Source: Octopus sinensis
Lineage: Eukaryota
Length of the DNA: 64,000 nucleotides
Assembly: GCF_006345805.1 (NCBI RefSeq)
Contig: NC_042997.1
Coordinates: forward strand, 190,960,001-191,024,000
Direction: 5' to 3'
The notes below the pieces were generated by a model that worked only from the letters and a program-made list of their open reading frames with translations, had not been told where the DNA came from and ran no database searches. Positions 27,001 to 42,000 of the stretch are shown here, piece after piece (positions within the stretch are counted from its first letter, which is position 1; each line of letters opens with the position of its first letter). The translations under genes were made by a program, and so were the position numbers.

Positions 27001-30000
27001 TACAAGATAATGTATGATTAATCCAAAACACTGTGAATAAATAAGCATTACATTTGACAAAGTAATCTGAATGCTGATGGGTTAAATTCACATTTAAGCA
27101 ATCCTACATCAATTGTAACAATTTTCTAATATTACTATTTCCAAAATTTTCTTTAATTTAGGTGCCTTCTAATCAACCATTGGGAGCCTTCCAACCAAAC
27201 CCTTCTCAACCTGTACATAATCAACTCTATCCTCAACATTCCTACCCGGGTAAGCTTGCTTCCATAAACTAAATGTAAATAAGCAAAATTAATTGTAATA
27301 TAAGAATGCTGTTAGAATTTACTGAAGGCTTGACTTGAAGCACTCCGTCGGTTACGACGACGAGGGTTCCAGTTGATCCGATCAACGGAACAGCCTGCTC
27401 GTGAAATTAATGTGTAAGTGGCTGAACACTCCACAGACACGTGTACCCTTAACGTAGTTCTCGGGGATATTCAGCGTGACACAGAGAGTGACAAAGCCGG
27501 CCCTTTGAAATACAGGTACAACAGAAACAGGAAGTAAGAGTGAGAGAAAGTTGTGGTGAAAGAGTACAGCAGGGTTCACCACCATCCCCTGCAGGAGCCT
27601 CGTGGAGCTTTAGGTGTTTTCGCTCAATAAACACTCATAATGCCCGGTCTGGGAATCGAAACTGCGATCCTACGACCGCAAGTCCGCTGCCCTAACCACT
27701 GGGCCATTGCGCCTCCACAAAGGCTTGACTAAAAGAGGTAGATTCATCTTATCTATCGTTAGGCTTATATGGAGTGGAGTTGATTCAATCCACTATTGCC
27801 CTTTCCTGTAAACTTTTGTGTCAATAGATATGGTATAAATAAGAGTGATTGGCAGAATTATTAGCATCAGAGGAAATACTGTGTAGAATTAGTTCTACAC
27901 AGGCAGCGAGCTGGCAGAAATGTTAGCACGTCAGGTGAAATGCTGAGCGGTATTTCGTCTGCCGCTACGTTCTGAGTTCAAATTCCGCCGAGGTCGACTT
28001 TGCCTTTCATCCTTTCGGGGTTGATAAATTAAGTACCAGTTATGCACTGGGGTCAATATAATCGACTTAATCCGTTTGTCTGTCCTTGTTTGTCCCCTTG
28101 TGGGTAATGAAGAAATAAGAATTAGTTCTGGCCCCAAGTTCTAAGTTCAAATCATACTTTTTATCCTTCTAAGTACTTGTCAAATACTCAATTCAATATA
28201 ATCAGCTGTATTTTCCCTCAGATTTTAGGTCTTCTTGTATTTGAAATCAGTGTAATTAATAGCAGTATAATCATAATTACCAACATTTTAGCATCTGCTT
28301 TTCCATTCTCATATGAGTCGGACAGAATATGTTGAGGCTTATTTTATGGGGGCTAGATGCCCTTCCTGTCAGGAACACTCACCTGTTTCCAAATAAGTTA
28401 ATGTTCCCTCTTGACAAAGCAAAACAAAGGGCACTTCTAGGATGATGGTGGTGCTCATTCACAACTATTATGTAAAGACAAAGCAAGGAGACAGCAACAC
28501 ACACACACATTCTCTCTCTTTCATCTCTCTTTTACTTGTTTCAGTCATTTGACTGTGGCCATGCTGGAGCACCGCCTTTAGTTGAGCAAATCGACCCCAG
28601 GACTTATTCTTTGTAAGCTTAGTACTTATTCTATCAGTCTCTTTTGCCGAACTGCTAAGTTTACGAGAACGTAACCACACCAGCATCGGTTGTCAAGCGA
28701 TGGTGGCAGGACAAACACAGACACACAAACATATATACACACACATACATATATACAACAGGCTTCTTTCAGTTTCCGTCTATCAAATCCACTCACAAGG
28801 CTTTGGTTGGCCCAAGGCTATAGTAGAAGACACTTGCCCAAGGTGCCACGCAGTGGGATTGAACCCAGAACCATGTGGTTCGTAAGCAAGCTACTTACCA
28901 CACAGCCATTCCTACACCTACATATGTACATATGCTGGGCTTCTTTCAGTTTCCACCTACCAAATCCGCTCACAACCCTATAATAGATGTCGATCATGTT
29001 TAGGACCAATATTTGCAAACCTATTAAACCAGTCTTAACTCAAAGCTAGAAATACACATAAAATAACATTGAAGATATCTGTATTAGTTTATGCTAAAAA
29101 TATATTTTACTTTGAAATAATTTATCTATAACCATATTAACTTCCAATAACTTTTTTCGGATCTTTTCGCTTTGATCGGCAGATTTTTTAAATAATTTCT
29201 TTGTAATTAAACACTTTTAAACTTTGTATTCTTGTAGAATGTGTTTATAAAACATCTTTTTCTCTTGGCTTTCTTGAGAAAATTCTGTAGTTTGTAAGCT
29301 CTTTGTTGTTTAATTTCTTGCATTTTGGCAATTTCAACCAATCAATGACGTCTATTGAGGTGAATACAATTTCTCCAGATCTACAGAATTTTCTCAAGAA
29401 AACCAAGAGAAAAAGATGTTTTATAAACACATTCTACCAGTATACAAAGTTTAAAAGTGTTTAGTTACGAAGAAATTATTTTAAAAATCTGCCGGTCAAA
29501 GCGAAAAGATCCTTTTTTTCAAATTTTATGCTTTGGAATTTTCTCAAAACTGCATTTTTTTAAAAATATTTTTCTAGTACCTGTCAGTTCTGCCGACATC
29601 CATGTGCCAGTTATCCTTTCTGAATCTAGACAGCATAGTACTGAAATGCGTTTAGCTGTGGGTAAAATAACCGATAAAGTTGACCAGGTATTACACAAAG
29701 TAAGTACCATGTAAAAATATTCTTTTTGTGTTTACTTGATTTTATTTTTCAAGTTCATCATCATCATCATCATTTAACGTCCGCTTTCCATGCTAGCATA
29801 GGTTGGACAACTTGACTGAGGACTGGCGAACCAGATGGCTGCACCAGGCTCCAATCTTGATCTGGCAGAGCTTCTGCAGCTGGATGCCCTTCCTAACGCC
29901 AACCACTCCGAGAGTGTAGTGGGTGCTTTTATGTGCCACCGGCACAAGGGCCAGTCAAGCAGTACTAGCAATGGCCACGAAAAAATTGTGTGTTTTTTTA

Positions 30001-33000
30001 CGTGCCATCTGCACACCGGCACAAGTGCCAGTAAGGCGGCGCTGGTAACGCTCATTTATTAACCCTTTCATTACTGTATTTATTTTGAGATGCTCTGTGT
30101 TTCTTTCAATTACTTTAAATATAACAAAGAATTTAGTAAAATAACTTAGTTATCATTCAGCTAGTGTTAAGAAGATAAATTGTGACTAATGTTTGGTGGA
30201 AAATTTTAGTTCAAAACTTTTGAAAACAAGATATTTGTACTCAGAGCCAGAGCCGGTTTCAGCCAGGTTGGTAATGAAAGGGTTAAAGTAACTATCATAT
30301 ATGCAGATGTATAAGACACTCTTTTTTTTTATTCTTAAATGTAATAAAACATTGCCATGAGTCTAATGGAACTGTATTATGGTTGGCATACAGTGTGTGT
30401 GTAAATGTATGATGCAACATATTAACCCTTTAGCATTTAAACAAGCCATATCTGGCTCAATTTTTCTGCCTGTTTTAAATTTAAACTGCCCAGATCCAGC
30501 CTCTCATACCTACCCTACAAAGTCATTCCAAAAATAAAATAATCACATCATTAAAATCTTGAAGCGACAAGATAATGCATGATTAATTCAAAACAATATG
30601 AATAAATAAGGATTGCATTTGACAGCATAATCTGAATGCTAAAGGGTTTAATTTGTTCTTTCCACTATAAAGTAGGGATTTGTCTCATGCAAGAGTACAT
30701 CTTGTACAGCAGCAAATATGGTATCAATAGTCATTGAGTTTCACTTGTTAAATTACTGGTTAGTAGTATTATAGTTGACAGCTGGGATGAAGTTAATGGT
30801 TAGGGTAGCAGCTATGAGAGCTATTTGGTGGTTTAAAATGTATAAGGACTGTTAGAAGTGAATACATAAAGAGCTGTTGTTGTGATGGTAACCTTTTGCA
30901 TCTTTGTTTCAGTTGGATCACTCTGCACAAAACAGCTTCCTTAATCCAGCTCCATCACTAGAAACATCTGTTTTAATGCAGAACATTCAACGAATTGTTC
31001 AGGTAAATACTTGCTTCACACTAATTTCTATTCTCTCTCTTGCTTTCTCTCCTCTCTCTCTCTCTCCCTTTCTATCTTTCGTTACACCTCTCTCTCTCTT
31101 ATTAACCTGTATACAGTAATTTGTTTGTTTTTTAGCTTTAGTCCTTGCTGTCATTCTTTTTTTTCTCTCTTTTCCTCTCTATTTCTTTTCCTTCTCACCT
31201 AAATCTCTCCTCTCTCTCCATCTCAAATGTTTTATATACTCTACATTAAAGGAAAATGAAAGACTCAAGAAAGAGGCTATGGAAAAAGCAAGTAAAGTGG
31301 AGTCTCAAAACCTAAAAATATCGGAACTTCTTCAGCAGAATCAAAAGTAAGTTTTGACTTATGACCAACACCTGTAAAAATGTATGCCACTAATCAGTCA
31401 TGATAAACCTATTTCCCAGTATTTTAAGGACAGGATGGATCTGGAAATTGTTAAAGAATGAAGGGTTAGAAAGTTAGAAAAGTTGAGCAGCCAAAACTGG
31501 CTTCTGTGTCGGTGGCACGTAAAAAGAACAATTCAAGCATGATCGTTACTTGTGGCACGTGAGAAAACATTCGAGCGAGGTCGTTTCCAGTGCCACTGGA
31601 CTGGCTCCTGTGCAGGTGGCACATAAAAACAACATTTGAGCATGGCCATTGCCAGTGCCACCTGACTGGCCCTCGTGCCAGTAGCACGTAAAAGCACCCA
31701 CTATACTGTCAGAGTGGTTGGTATTAGGAAGGGCATCCAGCTGTAGAAACTCTGCCAGATCAGATTGGAGCCCGGTGCCGCCATCTGGTTTGTCAGTCCT
31801 CAGTCAAATCGTCCAACCCATGCTAGCATGGAAAGCGGGCGTTAAACGATGATGATGATGATGATGATATTTGGCAGTCGATTTTTCTTGCTTTTTTATT
31901 TTTTTACTTAGACTTTTTATTATTATTCAAAGAAGGTGATATCTTTTAACTTAATTGTTATCAGACTGCAGATAAGAAGATAAGGCACAGCCCTGTGGGG
32001 TTTTAATCAGATAAATCGACTCCGTACTTATTTATTTGTTTTGTTAAGTTTGGTACTTATTCTATCAGTTTCTGTTGCTGAACTACTAGGTTATGGAGAT
32101 GTAAACAAACCAACATTGGTTTCAAGTGGTTGGGAAAACAGGTACACACACACACACACAATAGGCTTCTTTCAACCTAATGCAGTCACAAGGCTTTGGT
32201 CGGTCTAGGGCTATAGTTGAAGAGATTTGCCACACAGTGAGACTGAACCTAGAACCATTCTGCCATGCCTGCACCTAGGAAACCTATTTTCAACAGCAAA
32301 TTTAAAAATAGAAATTTTATTATTAAAAGTATGCCACTAGTACAACTATTCCCTATCATTTCACCATTTTGTTGCTCATTTTTCCTGATGGCATGGTATG
32401 GAGAGGTTTGCAGTGCAGTATGTTATTATTTATCTTGATCTTGCAACGAGTTCTTTAGTCCTGATCTTACCATTTCCTACGTCTTTGTTTTCCGGCTGCT
32501 AATTGTGAACAGCCATAATTATTTCCCTTAACGCATTCATATTCTTGAATTTTAAACAGCAAATGTTAACTCCAACACTCCACACTTACAATACACTGCA
32601 ACAACCAAAATATATATTTCTTTATTGCCTCAAGTGGTTAAACACAGAGAAGACAAACAAGGACAGACAAAGGGATTAAGTCGATTATATCGACCCCAGT
32701 GATTTACTGGTACTTATTTAAATGACCCCGAAAGGATGAAAGGCAAAGTCGGCCTCGGCAGAATTTGAACTCAGAACGTAACGGCAGACGAAATACTGCT
32801 AGGCATTTCACCCAGCATGCTAATGTTTCTGCCAGCTCACCACCTTAACACTGCAACAACCAAAATATAACGAATATATAGTATGTATTGAAGTAAAACA
32901 CTTCATACATGACATTCACATTGCTATTATACAAGAAATGACATTAGGAAGGGCATCCAACAATAGCTCAGTGGTTAGAGCATTGGGCTTACAATCATGA

Positions 33001-36000
33001 GGCTGTGAGTTCAATTTTGAGACTAGGCTGTGTGTTGTGTTCTTGAGCAAGACACTTTATTTCATGTTGCTCCAGTTCACTCATCTGTAGAAATGGGTTG
33101 TGACGTCACTGGTGCCGAGCTGTATCAGCCTTTGCCTTTCCCTTGGATAACATCGGTGGTGTGGAGAGGAGAGGCTGGTATGCATGGGCGACTGCTGGTC
33201 TTCCACAAATAACTGTGCCCATACATGTAACTGAAGAGGGGTTCTTTACCCAACCATAGAAACCATGCCAAAACAGACAGTAAAGCTTGACTCAGTCCTC
33301 TGACCTATCAGGTTGTCCATCCCATGCCAGCATGGAATACAGATGCTAAATGAAGAGGATGAAATTATGACCCAATGTAGTACCTCATATGTAGTACTTC
33401 ACATTCCAAATTACACGTCAGTAACAACTGGACTACAAAAATCCAATGGAAGACTCATAACATATATTGAAACGAGCAAAATGCCCCTCAATCCATGTCA
33501 AACATTTAAAACAAAATTTTCTCAAAACAACTTGTCCGACCATCCTAAGGGCTTCCTCTTTGAGAAACACTGGTTTAACCTAAATTTGAGACACCAGCAA
33601 AAGAAGAAATAAAGATAGACTTTTTTTCTATTCCAAAGAAAAACGATTTCCCACGGCTTTATCAATCGCATTCTCACCTGGAATCGATTTTTGTAATTTT
33701 TTCAAGACTTATACACGTCCTGATACCGTCGGTATCTACATATAAAATTTGAGCGCAATCGGATGGAGGATGCCCGAGAACCTAGAAGACAAACACACAC
33801 AGACAGAATGGATTTTATATAAGAGATTATGTATCTAATTAATAGTATCATTAACATGAAAGTATTATTAATAGGGCACAATACACTAGAAACGCATGTT
33901 TTAATAAGAAGCTTACAACATAAAGAAGCTTGGTTTACAAATATATAGTTCTTGTTAGGCTAGTGGTTTCAGATTAACTGATGCCTTGTGAACAGAGAAA
34001 TTTGTATCATTATCATTTAATGTCAGTTTTCCATGCTGGCACGGGTTGGACAGTTTGATGGGAGCTGGCATGGTGGAGGGCTGCACTAGGCTCCATCCAT
34101 CTGTTTTGGCATGGTTTCAGTGGCTGGATGCCCTTCCCTAATGCAGACCCTTTACAGGGTGTATTGGGGGCTTTTTTATGTGGCACCAGTATGGCTGCAT
34201 TTACATGGCACCAGCATGTACATACATGCTTTTATACATGCCACTGGCATGGGTGCACTTTTACGTGGAATGCTCCTTCTACCATGACTATGATTCCTTC
34301 CTTTCACCAGTCACCCGAAAAACAAAAATAATTTTTTTTTAAAGAATCCAGGACATTACAAAATTACTGACACACGGAGCCTGAAAGAATCACTGGACTT
34401 ACCGATATCTACAACTTCTTGAACCAATTATTACCAAATCCTCAGACTCTGAAAAACAGACAAATTCACTACAACTGTAAAATTAGTAAAATTTCAATAT
34501 CACTTTATATAAGATTAACTAGAGAAAGTCTACTGATGTTTCTACACTAAAGACAACAGAACTATTTTGCAAAAATAACACTCCAACTTTTTTTGTATCT
34601 TGTAATATAAAAAAAGTTGGAGTATTATTTTCAAAATTTTGGTAGAAGTATTTGGATCTTGACAGACATCAGAAAAGTGTATGTATACTTGAAAAGATTT
34701 GCCATTTCTTCTTTCTAGCAAAAATATATAGCAGGCTGATAGATTAGTCAAGTTGTTTTATAAGGGTTAACAAACATCCACCAATATTGAAATTTATTAG
34801 TTTTAATTATCTCAACTATTAAATAGATAAAATATCTTTGGAATTCTTGTCATCAGGTTTGTGGAACAGAGTAATAGTTTACTTGAACAGAGGAATGACA
34901 GCTACAAGGACTCAGCAGAACGATCGCAAGCTCAAGTCTTGAAACTGGAGAAAGAGAAAGTAAGATGGAGTTTTTTTTTTTTTTTTTTTTTCTTCTTCTG
35001 TATTCATATAAACAGAATAGTAATGTGGATATACAATCTCTTGATTCTAAAAACCATAGGCTAAGATGGCATCAGAACTGGGTTCTGCGACCTCTATGGT
35101 GAGTAACCTGCAGCTGGAAGTATCAGCCATTCGTAAACAAGAAACTGAGTTAAGACAGAAGTTAAATTCTACAATGACAGACAAAAGTGCTACCAAGGAG
35201 CAAATAGAAACCTTAAATAAACAAGTTGAAGGTAAAAAAAAAAACTTATTTTTATTATAACTGTATAAATGTCAATGTCATCAGAATTTATAAAATTAGA
35301 GAAAATGTGAAATAATTCCATTCTGGAACGGTGGATCTTGAAGCTGTGAAAGTTATAAATAAAAGCATGTAAATATTGGATTTAAAAGTCCCTTTGGATA
35401 GAAAATATCAACCTCAGGTAGCCTTTGACTTTTTCTATCCGAAAGGGTTTTTTTTTTAACCCAATATTTACACACTATCATTTATAGCTTTAACTGCTTC
35501 AAGATCCACTGTTCCAAAAAAGAATTATAACTATATAAATCTTTCTCTAAATCATTATCACCTGTAAATTCTATATTGTTTATAATTACCCTTGCAATTT
35601 GAAGATATCTATCAATCTTTGCTATCTGCTCTTGGGAACTTACAAAGCTAATGTTTATTTCCAGATTCAGTAATATTGGTTTCAAATTTTGGCCCAAGGC
35701 CAGTAATCTCAGTGGGGTGGGTAAGTTGATTACATCCACCTCGATGTTCAACTGGTGCTTATTTTATTGACCATGAAAGGATGGAAGACAAAATCGACTT
35801 CAGCAGAACTTGAACTCAAAATATAAAGACAAACGAAATGGCACTAAGAATTTTGCCCAGTGTGCTATAATTCTTACTTCTTTATTGTCCACAAGGGGCT
35901 AAACATAGAGGGGACAAAGGTATTAAGTACTTAATTTATTGACTCCGAAATGATGAAAGGCAAAGTCGACCTCGGCGGAATTTGAACTCAGAACGTAAAG

Positions 36001-39000
36001 ACAGACGAAACACTGCTAAGCATTTCGCCTGGCATGCTAACGTTTCCGCCAGCTCGCCGCCTTGCATGCTCGCCACCTTCTGGCATGGCTTCTATGGCTG
36101 AATGCCTTTCCTAACACCATATTGCCTTTTAAAATGGTTTCTGATATCAATTTTAACCATCCGAACGTGGCCGTTGCCAGCGCCGCCCCGACTGGCTTCC
36201 ATGCTGGTGGCACGTAAAAAGCACCATCCGATCGTGACCGTTGCCAGCCTCGCCTGGCCTGCGTGCCAGTGGCACGTAAAAAGCACCATCCACTCGTGGC
36301 CGTTTGCCAGCCTCGTCTGGCACCTGTGCCGGTGGCACGTGAAAATCACCCACTACACTCATCGAGTGGTTGGCATTAGGAAGGGCATCCAGCCGTAGAA
36401 ACATTGCCAGATCAGACTGGGCCTGGTGCAGCCTTCTGGCTTCCCAAACCCCAGTTGCACCATCCAACCCATGCCAGCATGGAAAGCGGATGCTAAACGA
36501 TGATGATGATAATGATGTATATGCAAACATTATTTCTTTGTATCTTTTTTTTATTAATTCAATCTCCCATGGAGCATTTAATCATAGTTGGAAAAATCGA
36601 ACGCATTTAAAGAGGTTTTAAACTAGATGTAAATGATTATCTTCCTCGACAGAGAATCTAGAACAGTTAACAGAGATGACAAATTCATACAAAGAAGAAC
36701 GTCAGCAACGGAAGACACTCACCAACAAAATGAATCAGCTAAATGAAGAAATTTCAGACTTGAAGTCATCTTGCGAATCTTTAGAAAAGGTGAGTGCAAT
36801 ATTAGAATCAATTTTGAGATTCAAAACCTTTGATTATATAACACAGCCTATAAATTTTTGTTGAAGTTGTGTCTGATTTTTTTTCATTACTGTTTTTTCA
36901 TTACCCCTTGATGCTGGTATTACCTGAAGCATGCGAGACACTGCTCCGGTTTTTTATCTAATAAGGCCACACAAACACACAATTGCCAACGAGCTCGCGT
37001 CTATTTACGTTCACCGTTACAATAACACAGCGTCGTACATTTACATCTACCGGTTTATGAAAACGAACTATGTGAAGCTATTTATCATAATATGATATGC
37101 ATGAGTTATTCTGCTCAAGTTAAAAAAATAGCTTGCATGTGGTACAACTCAAGACATGGTATTATGCATGTAAAGTATCCGCATGTCATTGGTCTACTGC
37201 TAGTCTCATGACTTGAATGTAACCTAAAATAGCTAAGATAATGGATGGGATGGTGAGCACACGCACCTGAAGAGATAAAGTACACGATTGGGAACGTAAA
37301 CATACATCAGCCGCTAAAAAGTCTGTGATAGATGTATATTTACGTTAACTGCGGTTAGGCAAGAAAAAGTGTGATCGCATATTTGCATCAATTGTTGTCA
37401 AGGGGTTAATAATCTGAGGAGTTTTTGTTTTTTTTCTCTTATGTACGAGGGGCGTTCAATAAGTAATGCCCCTGACCCACTTCCCATAGAAGTAGAGCAC
37501 AGTTATTAGTCTTTTTCTACATAGGAACCACCCAGAGTTATGCATTTCTCACATCGTTTGATACAGCTCTGAGACCGTTTTTGTAGAAGACCCCAGCTTG
37601 GTCCTCCAACCACAACGTGACTTCAGAAATCAAGGCTGCATCATCTGGGAAACGCTTTCCTTTCAAAAACAACTTCATGGCTGGGAAGAGGTGAAAATCA
37701 GAGGGTGCAAGGTCAGGAGAGTAGGGGGGATGGGGGATGAGTTCATAGCTGCACGCCTGTGCTTCTGATCTGGCGACAAGCGAGTTGTGAACCGGAGCGT
37801 TGTCCCGCAAGAGGAGGATGCCTTTGCTGATCTTGCCCCGCCTCTTGATTTTGATAGCTTCTCTTAATTTCCTCAAAAGTGAAGCATAATAGGCGCCTGT
37901 AATTGTGGCACCCTTTGCCAGGAAATCTGTCATCAGAACTCCGTCCTGGTCCCAGAAGACTGTGAGTATGACCTTGCCAGCAGAAGGCTGCACCCTTGCC
38001 TTCTTTGGAGGAGGTGAGTCACTGTGTGTCCACTGCATTGACTGGGCTTTGGTCTCTGGATCATAGTGATAGACCCAGGTTTCATCCTGTGTAGTCAGTC
38101 TTTTGAAAAATTTTGACTCATCTTCTTGGCACATCTCCAAATTCATCCTCGAGCAATCGACACGTTCTTGCTTCTGGAAAGATGTCAGCAACCTGGGAAT
38201 CCATCTGGCAGACACCTTTTGCATATGCAAATGGTCATGAATGATAGTTTCCACAGACCCGGTACTAATCTTGACCTCATGGGCTATTTGGCGAATAGTT
38301 ATGCGTCGATCTTCCAAAATGGCAGCCTCAACATGACGGACAGATGCCTCATCAATGGCAGAAGGGGGCGACCAGATCTGGGAGCTGTTTCCACAGAGTT
38401 CCGACCATGTTTGAATTCACGATGCCAGTGTTTTACAAGGTCATATGATGGGGCATCATCACCATAAGTTACTTTCATTTCATCAAAAGTCTCCCGTGGT
38501 GTGTGTCCTTTCAAATACAAAAACCGGATCACTGCTCGACACTCAACAGGCTCCATTTCACACACTTGTTCAAACACTTGTAAATCAGAAACCACAATTA
38601 GTCCAGAGCTGTAATTTGCCACTTAATCTATAAAGATATAAATAATTGTACATGCAAAATTTCAGCTAGATCAAATAACTGCAAGTGGATCAGAAGCATT
38701 ACTTATTGAACGCCCCTCGTAAATCATTGAATACTTTAGAGTAAAAGTTTTGAACAAAGTTACTATTAAGGACTTGGTAACAAATTATATTATTCATATT
38801 ATTTACTTATCCAAAGAGACATTTGAACATGCAGCTATAAACGCAGCTAGGAAATGATAGTTTGACTGGCCTGAAGATGATAAAATGATGGAAAAACATT
38901 TCCTTAGAGTAGAAAGTGATGAAAGAAAGGTACCTGTTAAATGAGGGCAAGATTAAAACAGAAGGAGTTGTAAGATTTAAAATGGAAGTAGTATATAATT

Positions 39001-42000
39001 TTGAGTTAAAATGGATAGGGTGTGGGTGTGTGGTAAGTAGCTTGCTTACCAACCATATGGTTCCGGGTTCTGTCCCACTGCATGGCACCTTGGGCAAGTG
39101 TCTTCTACTATAGCCTCGGGCTGACCAAAGCCTTGTGAGTGGATTTGGTAGACGGAAACTGAAACAAGCCTGTCGTATATATGTGTGTGTGTTTGTGTCT
39201 GTGGTTGTCCCCACCAACATTGCTTGACAACCGATGCTGGTGTATTTACGTCCCCGTAACTTAGCAGTTCGGCAAAAGAGACCGATAGAATAAGTACTAG
39301 GCTTACAAAGAATAAGTCCTGGGGTCGATTTGCTCGACTAAAGGCAGTGCTCCAGCATGGCCGCAGTCAAATGACTGAAACAAGTAAAAGAGTAAAAGGG
39401 TATACTAAATTTGCAAGCTTTTAGAATGGATGATTTTATAACTGAAATTAAAAACTCTGTAGCTAGGCTTATATTTTTTTTTTTTTTTTCTTTCACAGAA
39501 TGTCACGGATCGCAAAAAGAAAGCTCTTGATGAGAGACGACGACACGAAGAGGAAATAGATGAACTAAAGTTACAGTTTGAGGTGAGGTGTTCTCCTGTT
39601 AGAATTTCTTGCACTTCCATTTGTTTACATTGTTTACATTGGTGTGAAAAAAAAATTCGTTGGTCTGTGGTTGGAAATATAACAACCATTGGGAACAGAC
39701 TTTTATGTGATATCACATTTTAAATTTATTAAAGAAAGATATATTTGTAAGGAATTTGGTGAAACACAAGGGCTGCGAAATCAAGACTATTGAATACACA
39801 GTTCAGATTTTAAATGATAATATTGATATTATTGTATACAGTGCTCAGGTGCACCACAACTTGTCAAAAGTGCATATAAAGCATATGCAGTAATGTACAA
39901 ATGTCTGGAAAGTGAACAGTGTATGAGTCAGATACAAGCCTTCATGTGTATGGAGGGGAGAAAATCAGGTGTAGTGTTGGCGAATCTCAGGAAGCATGGA
40001 AGTTTTGAAGGATGCAGTGCTCTGACAACTAACAACTGATGCCGGCAGTTTGTTCCATGCTTCAGTAACTCTTAGCATAAAAAAATGTTTCCAAAAGTCA
40101 TGGGAGCTGTGCTGTTTTCTGACTTTGTAAACATGTCTGCGGGTGTTAGACAGATGGAGTTTGAAAAGGTGCTCAGAGTTATTGTTTGTAAGAGGGTTAA
40201 TAATTTTATGGGTGTCTGCCAAGTCAGCTGCCAGATGTCAGAGTTTCAATGTATCCATGCCCAGGAAAGTAAGGCATTAAGAATATGACAAATGCCTGAT
40301 GGAGGGTATTCTCTTGGTTGCATGTCGCTGATCGGTTTCCAGATGATTAATATCTTGGGCAAGATAGGGGTTCCAGACTGGTGATGCAAATTCCAGGTGA
40401 GGCCACACCAATTTAACATTTTTTGTATTTTTGTATAGTTGCTATGAAGAACTTGCGTTGATGTAGCTAGCCAGTGGTTGCCAATAAGGCTGATAGTTGA
40501 GTTCTAAAGCAAAACACCTTGTCTAATACCACATTTTTGGTCGTTCAGGTCTCACACCTTTTGAATGTTACACAGAGGACATCTTTAAAAATTTATGAAG
40601 CATAAATTGATTAGTTTTAACTCATAAATACCAGAACAACAACAACATGAAGATGCTCGGTGATCTTATTGTTGTAAGTGCTTTCAATATTAATGAACAA
40701 AAACTACATTACATTTCTGCTATCTCAACATTTTAATCTGCCTCTTTTAGACAGATTTAGAAACCTACCGCAAAAAACTCCGTGCCCAGAAAGCTTCTGC
40801 AGTTTCTAGTGAACAGGTAAGTGGAAATGGTTTATTTTTGTTTAAAGATATTTCATTGTACATTATTTACATTTGACGGATATTTGTCCTCATCTTGGCT
40901 AACCACAAAGGGGGGGGGGGTGTTACTGTAGCTTTTTAGCCCCAGGAGATCATCGTCTCCAGCTGGCTTTAGGCACACTATCTGTGCCCTTATGGTATTT
41001 GCAAAGGGAGGCCATCCCTTTCAAATATACCATAAGGGCACAGATAGTGTGCCTAAAGCCAGCTGGAGACGATGATCTCCTGGGGCTAAAAAGCTACAGT
41101 AACACCCACCCCCCTTTGTGGTTAGCCATATTGAGATGGCTATTATACTTTACATTGTCGAGCGGTTACTGTTTACATCTCGTTCTGAGATTTAATAATG
41201 CTTGTCCTCATCTTGTTTGTTGTTAACTCAACATTTTGGCTGATATACCCTCCAGCCTTCATCAGGTGTCTTGGGGAAATTTCGAACCTGGGTTCTCATT
41301 CCTAAGGTATTTTTCGACGGCGGCAGTGGCGTTGTAGTATGCCAACCACTCCAAGAGTGTAGTGGATGCTTTTTACATGCTACCAGCACAGGAGCCAGTC
41401 AGGCGGGCCTGGCATAAATCACATTCAAGTAGTACTTTTTACGTGTCACCAGCACAGGAGCCAGGATCACTGCCAGAGCAGCTGTCTGGCTTCTGTGCCG
41501 GTGGCACGTAAAAAGCACCATTTGAGTGAGATCGTTACCTGCATTGCCTTACTGGCACTTATGCCAGTGGCACGTGAATAAAAGTGAGGTCGTTGCCAGA
41601 GCCACTGGACTGACTCCTGTGCAGGTGGCATGTAAAAAACACCATTTCGAGTGTGGCTGTTGCCAGTACTGCCAGACTAGCCCTCGTGCCGGTGGCACGT
41701 AAAAGCACCCACTACACTCTCGGAGTGGTTAGTGTTAGGAAGGGCATCCAGCTGTAGAAACTCTGCCAGATCAGATTGGAACCTGGTGCAGCCATCTGGT
41801 TCGCCAGACCTCAGTCAAATCGTCCAACCCATGCTAGTATGGAAAGCAGACGTTAAATGATGATGAGGAGGAGGAGGATTGGTAACTCCAGTACTATTTT
41901 TGTTTAGTATTTATTTCGTCAGTGTATATTTGATGTATGTTTTGTTTTGTTTTTTGTTTTTTTTTCTTAATTCTTTTTCTAATGTTTTTTTTGATTTATT

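Noticed and set aside
27640-27718. tRNA-like sequences with A and B boxes
   Set aside because: SINE heads fused to SINE bodies; no complete cloverleaf with acceptor stem.
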